Shown here: in pieces, positions 11,232 to 23,785 of the stretch
How the letters are laid out: every line of letters begins with the position of its first letter
Numbering within the stretch: position 1 is the stretch's first letter
Assembly: GCF_963921235.1 (NCBI RefSeq)
Contig: NC_086097.1
Location: 241,740,001-241,804,000 of the forward strand
Source: Mobula hypostoma
Taxonomy: Eukaryota
Direction: 5' to 3'
DNA: 64,000 bases
Made by a program: the position numbers and the translations under genes
The notes under the pieces: generated by a model
Told to the model about the DNA's origin: nothing
Databases searched by the model: none
What the model saw: the letters and a program-made list of their open reading frames with translations, nothing else

Positions 11232-12804
11232 ATTGTAATTAAATAGTCAAATGTGCACATAAGTTGGAGTCCATCTTGAAGTTGTATTTAACTCACGTGC
11301 ACAACCTTAGGTCTGCATGAAGGCACACACCACCTTCCGAATGTCGCTCGAAATCCATCTTGAACAAATGGGCTCTCCCAAGGGAGTATTGGTCTGTCCT
11401 TCTTGAAGCCATTCATCTGCACAAAGTACCTTGTGCAACAGGGATGGCATCCTCAGCCATTTTCCATCCTGTCTTCTCCCGGCTCCAGCCAAAAAAAAAA
11501 GATCTCGACCCACACCAGTATCCATCACAAAAACTTCTCTGCCCGGAATCTTCTCCCAATTCTACCATCCTGATTGGCTGACACCACATTCCTAAGCTGA
11601 AAGCCCCTCATCTCAGCTCAACCCCAAAAAGGCTGAAAGCAGGACAGACCTCTCTTACAGAACTGCTAAAATGAAATACCTACAGCAGAGCAGTAAAAAT
11701 CTTAACCAGGGTGTTACATGAACAACAACTGAACCTCTTGACCATGTCTGCATGTTTTTATGCATCGAGTTGCTGCCACAAGATTGGCTGATTAGATATT
11801 TGCATTAACGAGCAGGTGTACAGCTGTACCTAATAAAGTGGCCACTGAGTGTACAACTCGCACATTATCTTTCCCAAATGTTAATAGTACTAGGTTCCAG
11901 GAGACTGAATTGTAACAGCTTCACAAACACCTTGCAAAAGTGTTGGTAAATCTGAGCTTCTTGTCTTGCTGACTAGCCTGAGTTCTGGTCCCTCGTGTTT
12001 CAGTGTTTCTTGGGGATAGGGATTCCTCATGCAAAAAAAATAACATTTAGAGTTTAATTTAAGGGCTGATAAGTTTCCAGATTTTAAAAGAGATTAAAGT
12101 CAGGAGCTAATTGCGTCTGCAGATGCCTCAGACCATGACACAGAAAACCTTATTTAATAGAGATATAATAGTGTCAACTTTCATTAAAATGAAAAAAAAT
12201 TTGAACGCAAAATTAGATGAGCATTGTTCATTGCACATCCCTGACCTGCTGAGTTCCTCTAGCACTTTGCAAGTTTTTCTCGAAAGAATTGCATTTTATG
12301 AAGTTTAGTGCCTGGAGCCGGCCAAAGCTCTCTATCCTCAGAGACTGAATTCAGAAAGCGTATTGTGATAACTCATTTGTAAAAATCTGACAACTACACA
12401 GGGTTCTTCTTTCATATGCATTTGTGCCGCTTTCAGAAATTTGCACATGTGGGCATTACAGTCCAATTGTTTCGCTGCCTTCTTCGTTGTTGTCTTCTTT
12501 TCCAGCAGCCCCTTGGGATTGAGGACTGGCTTCTATTTTGAGGTGGTAGATGAGCCCGTGGTCGGAACCCTGCTGCTGATGGGACATGTAAGGCTTTGTT
12601 CAGACTGCACTTGGAGTGTTGTGAGCAGATTCGGGCCCTACAGCTAAGAAAGGATGTACTGGCAATTGAGTGGTTACAGAGGACACTGACAAGAATTAAT
12701 CCGGGAATGAAAGGGTTAATGTATGAGGCGCGTTTGATGAGCCAAGGCCTGTACTTGCTGGAGTTTAGATTAATGATGGGGACTCTCAATGAAATCTACC
12801 AAAT

Positions 12805-15800
12805 AGAGAAATAGAGAAAGCTTGGAGACGGTGCGAGAGGGAGGATAGGCAGGTGATAGAGAAAGGACGCGCTCAGACTGATGGTTTGAGATGTGTCTAT
12901 TTCAATGCGAGGAGTATTATGAATAAAGCGGATGTGCTTCGAGCGTGGTTCAGCACTTGGAGCTGTGATGTTGTGGCCATTACAGAGACTTGGATGGTAC
13001 AGGGGCAGGAATGGCTACTTCAAGGCCCAGGCTTTAGATGTTTCAGGAAGGACAGGGAGGAAGGCAAAAGAGGTGGGGGCGTGGCACTGTTGATCAGAGC
13101 TGCAGAAAAGGAGAAAATCATGAAGGGGTTGTCTACAGAGTCTCTGTGAGTGGAAGTTAGGAATAGGAAGGGACCACCCAATAGTAATAGGGACATCGAG
13201 GAGCAGATACAGAGACAGATTCTGGAAAGGAGTAACAATAACAAGGTTGTTGTGGTGGGAGATTTTAATTTTCCAAATATTGATTGGCATCTCCCTAGAT
13301 TGAGGGGTTTAGATGGGGTGAAGTTTGTTAGGTGTGTTCAGGAAGGTTTCTTGACACAGTATGTAGATAAGCCTACAAGAGGAGAGGCTGTACTTGGTCT
13401 GGTATTGGGAAGTGAACATGGTCAGGTGTCAGGTCTTTCAGTGGAAGAGCATTTTGGAGATAGTGATCACAATTCTATCTCCTTTACCACAGCATTGGAG
13501 AGGGATAGGAACAGACAAGTTATGGAATCGTTTAATTGGAGTAAGGGGAAATATGAGGCTATCAGGCAGGAACTTGAAAGCATAATTGGAAACAGATGTT
13601 CTCGGGGAAATGTACAGAAGAAATGTGGCAAACGTTCAGGGGATATTTGTGTGGGGTTCTGCACAGATACATTCCAATGAGACAGGGAAAGGATGATAGG
13701 GTACAGGAACCATGGAGTACAAAGGCTGTTGTAAATTTAGTCAAGAAGAAAAGAAGGGCTTACGAAAGGTTCAAAAAACTAGGTAATGAAAGAGATCTAG
13801 AAGATTATAAGGTTAGCAGGAAGGAGCTTAAGAAAGAAATTAGTAGAGCCAGAAGGAGCTATGAGAAGGTCTTGGCAGACAGGATTAAGGAAAACCCCAG
13901 GGCATTCTACAAGTATGTGAAGAGGCAAGAGGATAAGGTGCGAGAGAATAGGACTAATCAAGTGTGACAGTGGAAAAGAGTGCATGGAACCAGAGGAGAT
14001 AGCAGAGGTACTTAATGAGTTCTTTGCTTCAGTATTCACTACAGAAAAGGATCTTGGCGATTATAGGGATGACTGACAGTGGACTGAAAAGCTTGAGCAT
14101 GTAGATATTAAAGAAGAGGATGTGCTAGAGCTTTTGGAAAGCATCAGGTTGGGTAAGTCACCTGGACCAGACGGGATGTACCTCAGGCTACTGTGGGGGG
14201 CGAGGGAGGAGATTGCTGAGCCTCTGGCGATGATCTTTGCATCATCAATGAGGACGGGAGAGGTTCTGGAGGATGGAGGGTTGTGGATGTTGTTCCCTTA
14301 TTCAAGAAATGGAGTAGGGATAACCCAGGAAATCATAGACCAGTGAGTCTTACTTCAGTGGTTGGTAAGTTGATGGAGAAGATCCTGAGAGGCAGGAATT
14401 ATGAAGATTTGGAGACAATAGACAATAGGTGCAGAAGTAGACCATTTGGCCCTTCGAGCCTACACCGCCATTCTGAGATCATGACTGATCATCTACTATC
14501 AATACCCGGTTCCTGCCTTGTCCCCATAACCCTTGATTCCTCTATCCATAAGATACCTATCTAGCTCCTTCTTGAAAGCATCCAGAGAATTGGCCTCCAC
14601 TGCCTTCTGAGGCAGCACGTTCCACACCTCCACAACTCTCTGGGAGAAGAAGTTCCTCCTCAACTCTTTCCTAAATGACCTACCCCTTATTCTTAAACCA
14701 TGCCCTCTGGTACTGGACTCTCCCAGCATCTGGAACATATTTCCTGCCTCTATCTTGTCCAATCCCTTAATAATCTTATATGTCTCAATCAGATCCCCCC
14801 TCAATCTCCTTAATTCCAGCGTGTACAAGCCCAGTCTCTCTAACCTCTCTGTGTAAGACAGTCCGGACATCCCAGGAATTAACCTAGTGAACCTACGCTG
14901 CACCTCCTCCACAGCCAGGATGACCTTTCTTAACCCTGGAGCAAAACTGCACACAATACTCCAGGTGTGGTCTCACCAGGGCCCTGTACAAATGCATAAG
15001 GATTTCCTTGCTTTTGTACTCAATTCCCTTCGTAATAAAGGCCAACATTCCATTAGCCTTCTTCACTGCCTGCTGCACTTGCTCATGCACCTTCAGAGAC
15101 TGATGAACAAGTACTCCTAGATCTCTTTGTATTTCTCCCTTACCTAACTCCACACCGTTCAGATAATAATCTGCTTTCCTGTTCTTGCTCCCAAAGTGAA
15201 TAACCTCACACTTATTCACATTAAACGCCATCTGCCAAGTTTCTGCCCACTCACCCAGCCTATCCAAGTCACCTTGAATTCTCCTAACATCCTCACCACA
15301 TGTCACACTGCCACCCAGCTTAGTATCATCAGCAAATTTGCTGATGTTATTCACAATGCCTTCCTCTAAATCATTGATGTAAATTGTAAACAGCTGTGGT
15401 CCCAATACCGAGCCCTGTGGCATCCCACTAGTCACCACCTGCCATTCTGAGAAACACCCATTCACTGCTACCCTTTGCTTTCTATCTGCCAACCAGTTTT
15501 CTATCCATGTCAATATCCTCCCCACAATGCCATGAGCTCTGATTTTACCCACCAATCTCCTATGTGGTACCTTATCAAATGCCTTCTGAAAGTCAAGGTA
15601 CACCACATCCACTGGATCTCCCGCGTCTATCTTCCTGGTTACATCCTCAAAAAACTCCAATAGATTAGTCAAGCATGATTTGCCCTTGGTAAATCCATGC
15701 TGACTCGGCCCAATCCTATCACTGCTATCAAGATATGCCACTATTTCATCTTTAATAATGGACTCTAGCATCTTCCCCACTACTGATGTTAGGCTAACAG

Positions 15801-17192
15801 GGTGATAGTTCTCTGTTTTCTCCCTCCCACCTTTCTTAAAAAGTGGGATAATATTAGCCATTCGCCAATCCTCAGGAACTGATCCTGAATCTAAGGAACA
15901 TTGGCATAATATGAATAGGAAGAGCCAGCATGGCTTTGTCAAAGGCAGGTTGTGCCTTATGAACCTGATTGAATTTTTTGAGGATGTGACTAAACACATT
16001 GATGCAGGTCGAGCAGTAGATGTAGTGTATATGCATTTTAGCAAGGCACTTGATAAGGTACTCCATGCAAGACTTATTGAGAATGTAAGGAGGCATGGGA
16101 TCATAGGGGACATTGCTTTGTGGATTCAGAACTGGCTTGCCCACAGAAGACAAAGAGTGTTTGTTGACGGGTCATATTCTGCATGGAGGCTGGTGACCAG
16201 TGGTGTGCCTCAGGGATCTGTTCTGGGACCCCTACTCTTTGTGATTTTTATAAATGTTCTGGATAAGGAAATGGAGGGATGGGTTAGTAAATTTGCTGAT
16301 GACACAAAGGTTGGGAGGTGTTGTCGATATTGTGGAGGGCTGTCAGGGGTTACAGTGGGACATCGATGGGATGCAAAACGGGGCTGAGAAGTGGCAGATG
16401 GAGTTCAACCCAGATAAGTGTGAAGTGATTCATTTTGGTAGGTCAAATATGACAGCAGAATATAGTATTAATGGCAAGACTCTTAGCAGTGTGGAGGATC
16501 AGAAGGATCTTGGGGTATGAGTCCATAGGACACTCAAAGTTGCTGCGTAGGTTAACTCTGTGGTTAAGAAAGCATACGGTGTATTGGCCTTCATCAATCA
16601 TGGGATTGAGTTTAAGAACCAAGAGGTAATGTTGCAGCTATATAGGACCCTGGTCAGACCCCACTTGGAGTACTGTGCTCAATTCTGGTCACCTCACTGC
16701 AGGAAGGACGTGGAAACTATAGAAAGGGTGCAGAGGAGATTTACAAGGATGTTGCCTGGATTGGGGAGCATGCCTTATGAGAATAGGTTGAGTGAACTTG
16801 GCCTTTTCTCCTAGGAACGACGGAGGATGAGAGGTGACCTGACAGAGGTGTATAAGATGATGAAAGGCATTGTTCGTGTGGATAGTCAGAGGATTTTTCC
16901 CAGGGCTGAAATGGCTAGCACGTTTTAAAGTGCTTGGAAGCAGGCACAGAGGAGATGTCAGGGGTAAGTTTTTTACGCAGAGAGTGGTGAGTGCGTGGAA
17001 TGGGCTGCTGGCTGCGGTGGTGGAGGCGGAAACGATGGGGTCTTTTAAGAGACTCCTGGGTGGCTACATGGAGCTTAGAAAGATAGAGGACTATGGGTAA
17101 GCCTAGGTAGTTCTAAGGTAGGGACATGTTCGGCACAGCTTTGTGGGCTGAAGGGTCTGTATTGTGCTATAGGTTTTCTATGTTTCTATGTT
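12805..17192 (+). mobile_element. CR1 family A, near-complete but disrupted ORF2 (APE endonuclease plus RT), split by an antisense CR1-B
   Basis: YFNARSI..DVVAITETW, VVGDFNFPNIDW, GDSDHN (APE); [33 protein letters not shown] (RT); (TTCTATGT)n tail; many frameshifts. Confidence 0.95.
14416..15902 (-). mobile_element. CR1 family B, 5'-truncated young copy with a largely open RT
   Basis: [49 protein letters not shown]; one frameshift near 14940; (TCTATTG)n tail. Host CR1-A sequence rejoins across it (ttggaga|ggcataatatga). Confidence 0.95.
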
Positions 17193-18479
17193 TATTTCTA
17201 AATACTGAAAGGCCTAGTTAGAGTAGACATGGAGAGGATGTTCCCAATATTCCAAGAATCTAGGACCACATGGTACAGCCTCCGAATAGAAGGATGTCCC
17301 TTTTGAACAGAGATTAGAATGAACTTATTTAGCCAGAGGGTTGTGAATCAGTGGAATTTATTGCCACAGGCACCTGTGGAAACCAAGACATTGGGTATAT
17401 TTAAAGCAGAGGTTTTTGATTAGTACAGCATCAGAGGTACAGGGAGAAGGGTATAGAATGGGTTTATAAGGGAAAATAAATCAGCCATGATTGAATGGCA
17501 GAGCAGACTTGATGAACTGACTGGTCTAATTCTGCTCCTATGCCTTATGATCGTCTGCTGGTGCCAGAGGGTGTAGTGGATAGTTCATGATATGGTACAG
17601 TCTCTCCACCATTTGGTTAGGGTGTCTGCATGTTCCCATTGTGTAAACACAAGGTTATGAACACTACTCTGAATGCTCTTCCTTCTTTCCAAACCAGAAA
17701 TTCCCAGAAGTCAGTGGCGATGTGGCTCTGCTGTAGGAAGAGGATGTCTATGTTGAAAGTCAGGTGATGTGCAGGTGAACATTTCGGCCTACCCAATGGA
17801 GCCAACTGTAGGTAAGAAGGGTCTCAACATTAGAAATGTTGGCCTGAGAGAGGACACCGACTCCTTCCTCTCTACAGAAGTACCATGGAGAGGATGCCCA
17901 CAGGTTGTGGAACCAGGTCAGAGTTGTCATGAGTGAGGTTATCCATGTTGTTCAGGAATCTGATCGCTGTAGATTAATCATCATCATCATAATATGTTGC
18001 TTGTCATATGATGTGGGCGATTTTGCCTTTGATCATAAACCTTCAGTTAGCCTGCCTGGTGTCAGTGGTCACATAACCAATTACTGTATGATCTGCATCA
18101 GCTGCTCATACAACCATCCACCACCTGCTCCCATGGCTTCACATGACCCTGATCTGGGGCGATAAATAGGAGCGACACTTTGCCCCAGGGTGACCTGCAG
18201 GCTAGCGGAGGGAAGGAGCACTTTACATCTCCTTTGATAGAGACTTACCTCCAACCCACCACCCACTATAGGATAATAATTGTTTCAGAACTTGGTGGCG
18301 TGGGAGCTTAGGCTCTTGTACCTCTTTCCATGAGCCAGCGTAAAAAAAAATTAGTCCAAAGATTGTGACAGTATACAGTTGATTTATCTTCATACATCAT
18401 CAGCTGGATCTATTTCATTTGTACGCAGTTGTTCTAGTGCAGAGGTGAGCTTGTGCCCAGTCACGAGGAAAATGTATTG

Positions 18480-18990
18480 TGCAACACGCACAAAACGCTG
18501 GGCAGCATTTATGGAGAGGAATAAACAGCTGACGTTTTGAGCAGAGACCCTTCATCAGGACTTGAAAGGAAGGGAGCTTCTGCCCCCTTCCTTTCAAGTC
18601 CTGATGAGGAGTGCTGGTGTTAGGTTTTGTAACTTCAAGACATTAAACTAGTTCAAAGGGAACAAAGGAGTGTGGGAATGAAGGTTTAACTTTGTCGTTA
18701 CTTTAAGTGTGGCGCACTCGCATCACATGGTAGAGTGATGATGTATGCAATTCATGTACTTATACATTTAACCCCTAATGAATTAGTTAAGGGAACAAGA
18801 ATGCTTAATCGACCTATATACGGTATACAAGATTTCTCAAATATTACTGAAATATTAATTACACAACAGTTGGCCTAGAACATCAACTGTTTATCCCTTC
18901 AAAAGATGCTGCTTGACTTGCTGAGTTCCTCTTGCATTTTGCGCGTATTGCCTAAAATTTCCAACAGCTGCAGAATCTCTTGTGTTTATG
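18480..18990. mobile_element. Inverted pair of Penelope terminal-repeat fragments, right arm interrupted by a solo LTR
   Basis: tcatcaggacttgaaaggaaggg..cccttcctttcaagtcctgatga palindrome centred near 18580; pLTR sequence continues at 18869-18990. Confidence 0.78.
18618..18868. mobile_element. Short (251-bp) TG..CA insert, solo-LTR-like
   Basis: TGTT..AACA ends; 5-bp TSD gctgg/gttgg; interrupts stem II of the hammerhead motif of the host repeat. Confidence 0.6.
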
Positions 18991-19769
18991 TTGTGGAAAA
19001 TATACTGACTGATTACTTGTACAACTTACGTACCCAATTCTTCTCGCCTTTGGTAGTTCCAGGGTTAATCTCAGACGTATCAGTCTTTGTTATAGTTGCT
19101 CACAGCCACCTCTGTTGTCATGGCATCCGATTGTACAAAAAAAATCCCTCCTGCTTTGAACGCTCTGCATGTTATCAGTTGTGACGCATTATTGTACCAC
19201 AATGCATTATAAATAGATTTCAGCGCTTTTGAAGTTTTGTTGCAATGTTACCAAAGTCAAAATTTTCCGAAATTCAAACCTGATGTGCAAAATAATTAAC
19301 GGTATTTTATCCAGAAAAACTGATACTTTAACACGAGCATCAGTCACCATTAGGAATAAATAGGTTGGAACACTCACTGCAGGACCAAGCCCATGCAAGT
19401 CAGGTTGAAGTGATTGGCTCCACACTGTACAGTAATAGGTTCCTTTCAAAGTACTGTTTACCTGTGCTTGTAAAGTTGTGTCAGATGTTCATAGGTTAAT
19501 TGTATTATAGTGCAACTCCAAATGTTCACATAAAAACGAAAGCAAAACATGTTCAGCCCTTTCCTGTATGCAACAAGCAGGCATGTTGGGGTGCTTTAAG
19601 TTTACCTTGGCCAAGAGCCAAAGTGGAAGACCGGGCGGGGGCATCCCTGCTCAGTTTCTTTAGTGTTAATCATTGCCACATGATACAGAAGTTAATATGG
19701 CTAAATCAACTCTTCTGACAGGGGATATTTTTAGGTAATAAATTGGATTAGATATTGTGGTTGCGGGAG

Positions 19770-21080
19770 AAGAATGGTAGTGTCGTGGTCAGCACAACGC
19801 TTTACAGTACCAGCTTCAGTTCCTGCCCCTGCCTGTAAGGAGTTTGTACGCTCTCCCTGTGACCACATGGATCTGCTCCAGGTGCTCCAGCTTTCTCCCA
19901 CACTCCAAAGACGTATGGCTGGTAGATCACTTGCTCATTGTAGATTGCCCTGTGATTAAGCTCTGTTCTGGGACCCCTTCCCTTCATGATTTTTATAAAT
20001 GACCTGGATGAGGAAATGGAGGGATGGGTTAGTAAATTTGCTGATGACACAAAGGTTGGGGGTGTTGTGGGTAACGTGGAGGGCTGTCAGAGGTTACAGT
20101 GGGACACCAATAGGATGCAAAACTGGGCTGAGAAGTGGTAGATGGAGTTCAACCCAGATAAGTGAGAGGTGGTTTATTTCAGTAGGTCAAATATGACGGC
20201 ATAATATATAGTATTAATTGTAAGACTCTTGGCAGTGTGGAGGATCAGAGGGATCTTGGGGTCTGAGTCCACAGGACATTCAAAGCTGTTGCACAGGTTG
20301 ACTCTGTGGTTAAGAAGGCATACGGTGCATTGGCCTTCATCAACCATGGGACTGAGTTTAAGAGCCAAGAGGTAATGTTACAGCTATATAGGACCCTGGT
20401 CAGACCCCATTTGGAGTACTGTGCTCAGTTCTGGTCGCCTCACTACGGGAAGGATGTGGAAACCATAGAGAGTGTGCAGAGGAGATTTACAAGGATGTTG
20501 CCTGGATTGGGGAGCATGCCTTATGAGAATAGGTTGAGTGAACTGGGCCTTTTCTCCTTGGAGTGACGGAAGATGAGAGGTGACCTGATAGAGGTGTATA
20601 CAATGATAGAGGCATTGATCATGTGGATAGTCAGAAGCTTTTTCCCAGGGCAGAAATGGCTAGCACAAGAGGGCAAAATGTTAAGGTGCTTGGAAGTAGA
20701 TAAAGAGGAGATGTCAGGAGTAAGTTTTTTACACAGAGAGTGGTGAGTGCATGGAATGGGCTGCCGGCGACAGTGGTGGAGGCGGGTACGATAGGGTCTT
20801 TTAAGAGACTCATTAGATAGGTACATGGAGCTTAGAAAAATAGAGGGCTATGGGTAAACCTAGGTAATTTATAAATAAGTACATGTTCGGCACAGCATTG
20901 TGGGCTGAAGGGCCTGTATTGTGCTGTAGGGTTTTTTTATGTTTCTATGTTAAATAGGTGGGTTGCTGATTTGTTGGTCATTGTACTTGCCCCGTGATTA
21001 GACTAGGATAAGTTGGGGGGGGATTGTTGGCAGCGCAGTTGGAAGGGACAGATGGGCCTATTCCACACTGTAGAAATAAA
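19770..21080 (+). mobile_element. V-SINE split by a CR1-A insertion
   Basis: ctgtaaggagtttgtacg..ctccaggtgctccagctttctccca; tail resumes about 20950. Confidence 0.7.
19960..20950 (+). mobile_element. CR1 family A, 5'-truncated
   Basis: FADDTK region through VRPHLEYCAQFWSPHY to the tttctatg tail. Confidence 0.92.
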
Positions 21081-21099
21081 TAGATAGATAGGTAAATAG

Positions 21100-22105
21100 A
21101 CCAGAGAGTGGTAGTAAATAGTTGCCTCCCTGCAGCAGAAGTGTGGGTAGTGGAGTGCCACAGGAATTATTGCTGGGTCTTTTGTTGTTTATTATCTATA
21201 TCAATGATCTGGATGATAAATGTGGTTAACTGGATCAGCAAATTTGCAGATGACACCAAGGTTGTGTAGTAGACAGAGAGGAAGATTATCAAAGCTTGCA
21301 GGGGGATCTGAAGCAGCAGAAAAAATGGGCCGAAAAATAGCAGGTAGAATATAATGCAGTCAAGTGCGAGGTATTGTACTTTGGGCGGACTGACCGGGGA
21401 AGATCTCACACAATAAGCAGTGCAGTAGAATAAATACAGGCCCATAACTTATTGAAAGTGGCAATAAATGTCAATAGGCTCGTAAGGAAAACTTACGGCA
21501 CATTGGCCTTCAGGAATCAAAGCACTGAGTACAGGAGTTGGGATGTTATGTTGAACTAGATATTGATAAGGCCTAATTTGGAGTACTGTGTATAATTTTG
21601 GTCACCTACATACATGAAAGATGTAAATAAAATTGAAAGAGTACAGAGAAAATTTACAAGGATTTTGCTGGGACTGGAGTACCTGAGTTATAAGGAAAGA
21701 TTGAATAGGTTAGAACTTTATTCCCAGAATGTAGATGATTGAGGGCAGATTTGATAGAGGTATACAAAATTATGAGGGGTATAGAAGGGTAAATGTAACC
21801 AGGCTTTTTGTACCGAGGTTGGGTGAGACTGGAACTAGAGGTCATGGGTTAAGGGTGAAGGGTGAAATGTTTAAAGGGAAACTTCTTCACACAGAGGGTT
21901 GTGAGAGTGTGCAACCAGCTGCCAACACGAGTGATGGATGCGATTTTGAGTTCAACATTTAAGAGATGTTTGGACAGGTACATGGATGGTAGGGACATGA
22001 AGAGCGATGGTCCAGGTACAGGTCAATGGGAGTAGGGAGTTTAAATGTTTCAGCATGGACTAGATGGGCTGAAGGGCTTGTTTCTATGCTATAGTTTAGT
22101 ATGAC
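21100..22105 (+). mobile_element. Older CR1 family (D) RT/3' fragment
   Basis: aaatttgcagatgacaccaag, ttggagtactgtg, actagaggtcatgggttaagg; 3' gatgggctgaagggcttgtttct. Confidence 0.85.
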
Positions 22106-22319
22106 TCTAGGATAATCTATGAATACTAGCACTTTGACCACTCAAACATCTTTACCTTCATCATAATTAAGGGCATTAGTTGGTATTTAGTTCACCACCA
22201 CCTTCTCATCAACTCTAGAGTAGGTTACATAGCACAACATTGTGGGCCGAAGGGTTTGTAATGTGGTGTAAATTTCTACGCTCTATCTCCATGACCTGCT
22301 GCATTCCCTTTTAGTAGTG

Positions 22320-22775
22320 GGCTTTGCGGTGGCATAGCAGTTGGTGCATCATTTTACAGTGTCAGCGACCGGCAATTAGAGTTCAAATCCCATCACTGCC
22401 TGTAAGGAGTTTGTATGTTCTCCCTGTGACCACGTGGGTTTCCTCCAGGTGCTCTGGTTTCCTCCCACATTCCAAAGATGTACGGGTTAGGGTTGGTAGC
22501 ACTAACCTGAGGAAGAGTCAGGTTAATCCTGATGAAGGACCTCGGCCTAAAACATCAACTGTTTATTCCTCTGCCTGACCTGCTGAGTTCCTCCAGCATT
22601 TTGTGTGTTACTTAGGGTTAGTAAGCTGTGAGCATGTTATGTTGGTGCTGGAAGCATGGTGACACTTGCAGACTCCCCCAGATCATTTTCGACTGTGTTG
22701 GTCGTTAACACAAATGACGTATTTCACTTCATGTTTCAATGTACGTGTGAGAAAGAAAACTAATCTAATCTAATT
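22320..22775 (+). mobile_element. V-SINE with a short Penelope repeat insert (about 22495-22612)
   Basis: V-domain gtgggtttcctccaggtgctctggtttcctcccacattccaaag; the insert has cctgatgaaggacctcggcctaaaac. Confidence 0.78.
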
Positions 22776-23785
22776 TAGAAGCAGTGTTGTAGTGGAGGCA
22801 GATTTTCACTGAATCCACAATGAAATCTAATTGTTCAATTCCCTAGTTCCTTCCTGATGGCTAAGAAAATTTTTAACCCAAGCCAAGCTAATTCCATTTT
22901 AGAGTTCCTGATCTGCCCCAACTTGCAGTCTTCACAAATCATGGCATTGTTCCTTTTACTTTGAAATCAACATTGCAATCAGGTGCTGCAATGGAACTTC
23001 AAGGTCAAAATTTAAAGTTCAAAGTTCAAAGTAAAAGTATTTTGTTAGCATGGCCGTTCAATAATGGATACACCGAAGTGATCAGCAAACTCTTTCCTGC
23101 ACTCTTTATTACTGCACGTTAGGAAGCGGAAAATTACTCATGGCATAGATGATGTACGTGTTCAGGCCACAGTGAGTCTTTCCTGCACAGGTGGCCGAGC
23201 AGAATTAGAGAGCACAGAAGGAAGCCATTTGGTCCATCACATCAGTGACAGCTCTTTGAAACAGCAGTCCAATTAGCACAGTGACCCTCCTCTTATCCCA
23301 AATGCCTTGCAAAGTCTTTTCCCCCTTTTACATACATAGCCAATTTCTACTTCGAAAGTCACAATGAAAATCTGCTTCCACTCTACCAACAGGAGAGTCT
23401 CACAAGCTATGAAGCAAATACAAATGCCCTGGGTGATTTTCTTGGTTCCCTCCAATCTGCGTCCTCTGGTTTCTTAAACTCTAATTATATTTTGATCTTC
23501 AAAACAAGAAATTCAGTAGATGCTAGAAATCCCAAGCAACACACACACACATAGTTGGAGGAATTTGGCAGGTCAGAAATCAGCCTTTGATATTTTGGGC
23601 CAAGAGCACTGGAAAGGAAGGGGGAGGAGCACAGAATAGGAATCAGGATTAAATTTATTCGCCATATACACTTACGTGTATTAAGAATTTGCTGTGCTCC
23701 GTTGGTCAGGGCGCAGTGTGCAACAACAAACAAGAAACACGCAATAATCGTAAATAATAAAGAATGATATAAAAGTAAAGTAAGC

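Larger units (their letters stand above)
9778..11718. mobile_element. Solo-LTR-like element 1 (TG..CA, 4-bp TSD TGAA), itself interrupted at 10096-11231
   Basis: Ends tgaaacccct / agggtgttaca (imperfect inverted repeat). TSD tgaa at 9774-9777 and 11719-11722; removing the insert restores the Tc1 sequence tctgaacaacaactgaacc. Confidence 0.8.
9356..11851 (-). mobile_element. Non-autonomous Tc1/mariner transposon with TIRs and TA TSD, interrupted by nested LTR and CR1 inserts
   Basis: TIR cactcagtg(a/g)ccactttattaggtaca at both ends, flanked by TA (9354-55, 11852-53). Internal ORF MEKKCDLSDFDHGMVVGARRGGLSIS resembles the Tc1 transposase N-terminal HTH. Confidence 0.92.
12585..17550 (+). mobile_element. 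CR1 family C 3' fragment (12585-12804 plus 17198-17550) hosting nested CR1s
   Basis: RLHLECCEQ..KDVLAIE..EIYQI breaks at about 12804 and resumes as (a)aatactgaaaggcctag at about 17200; 3' end ctgctcctatgccttatga. Confidence 0.8.

Noticed and set aside
12433..12585. Possible coding exon (Arg/Gln-rich minus-strand ORF)
   Set aside because: Resembles a decayed RTE 3' end with an (AAG/AAC)n-like tail abutting a CR1; no recognisable host protein or splice context.
14893..16113. Longest ORF (406 aa) as a novel RT fusion gene
   Set aside because: Chimeric by accident: the N-terminal ~70 aa are antisense CR1-A sequence reading into the 5'-truncated CR1-B RT, and the C-terminus is frameshifted.
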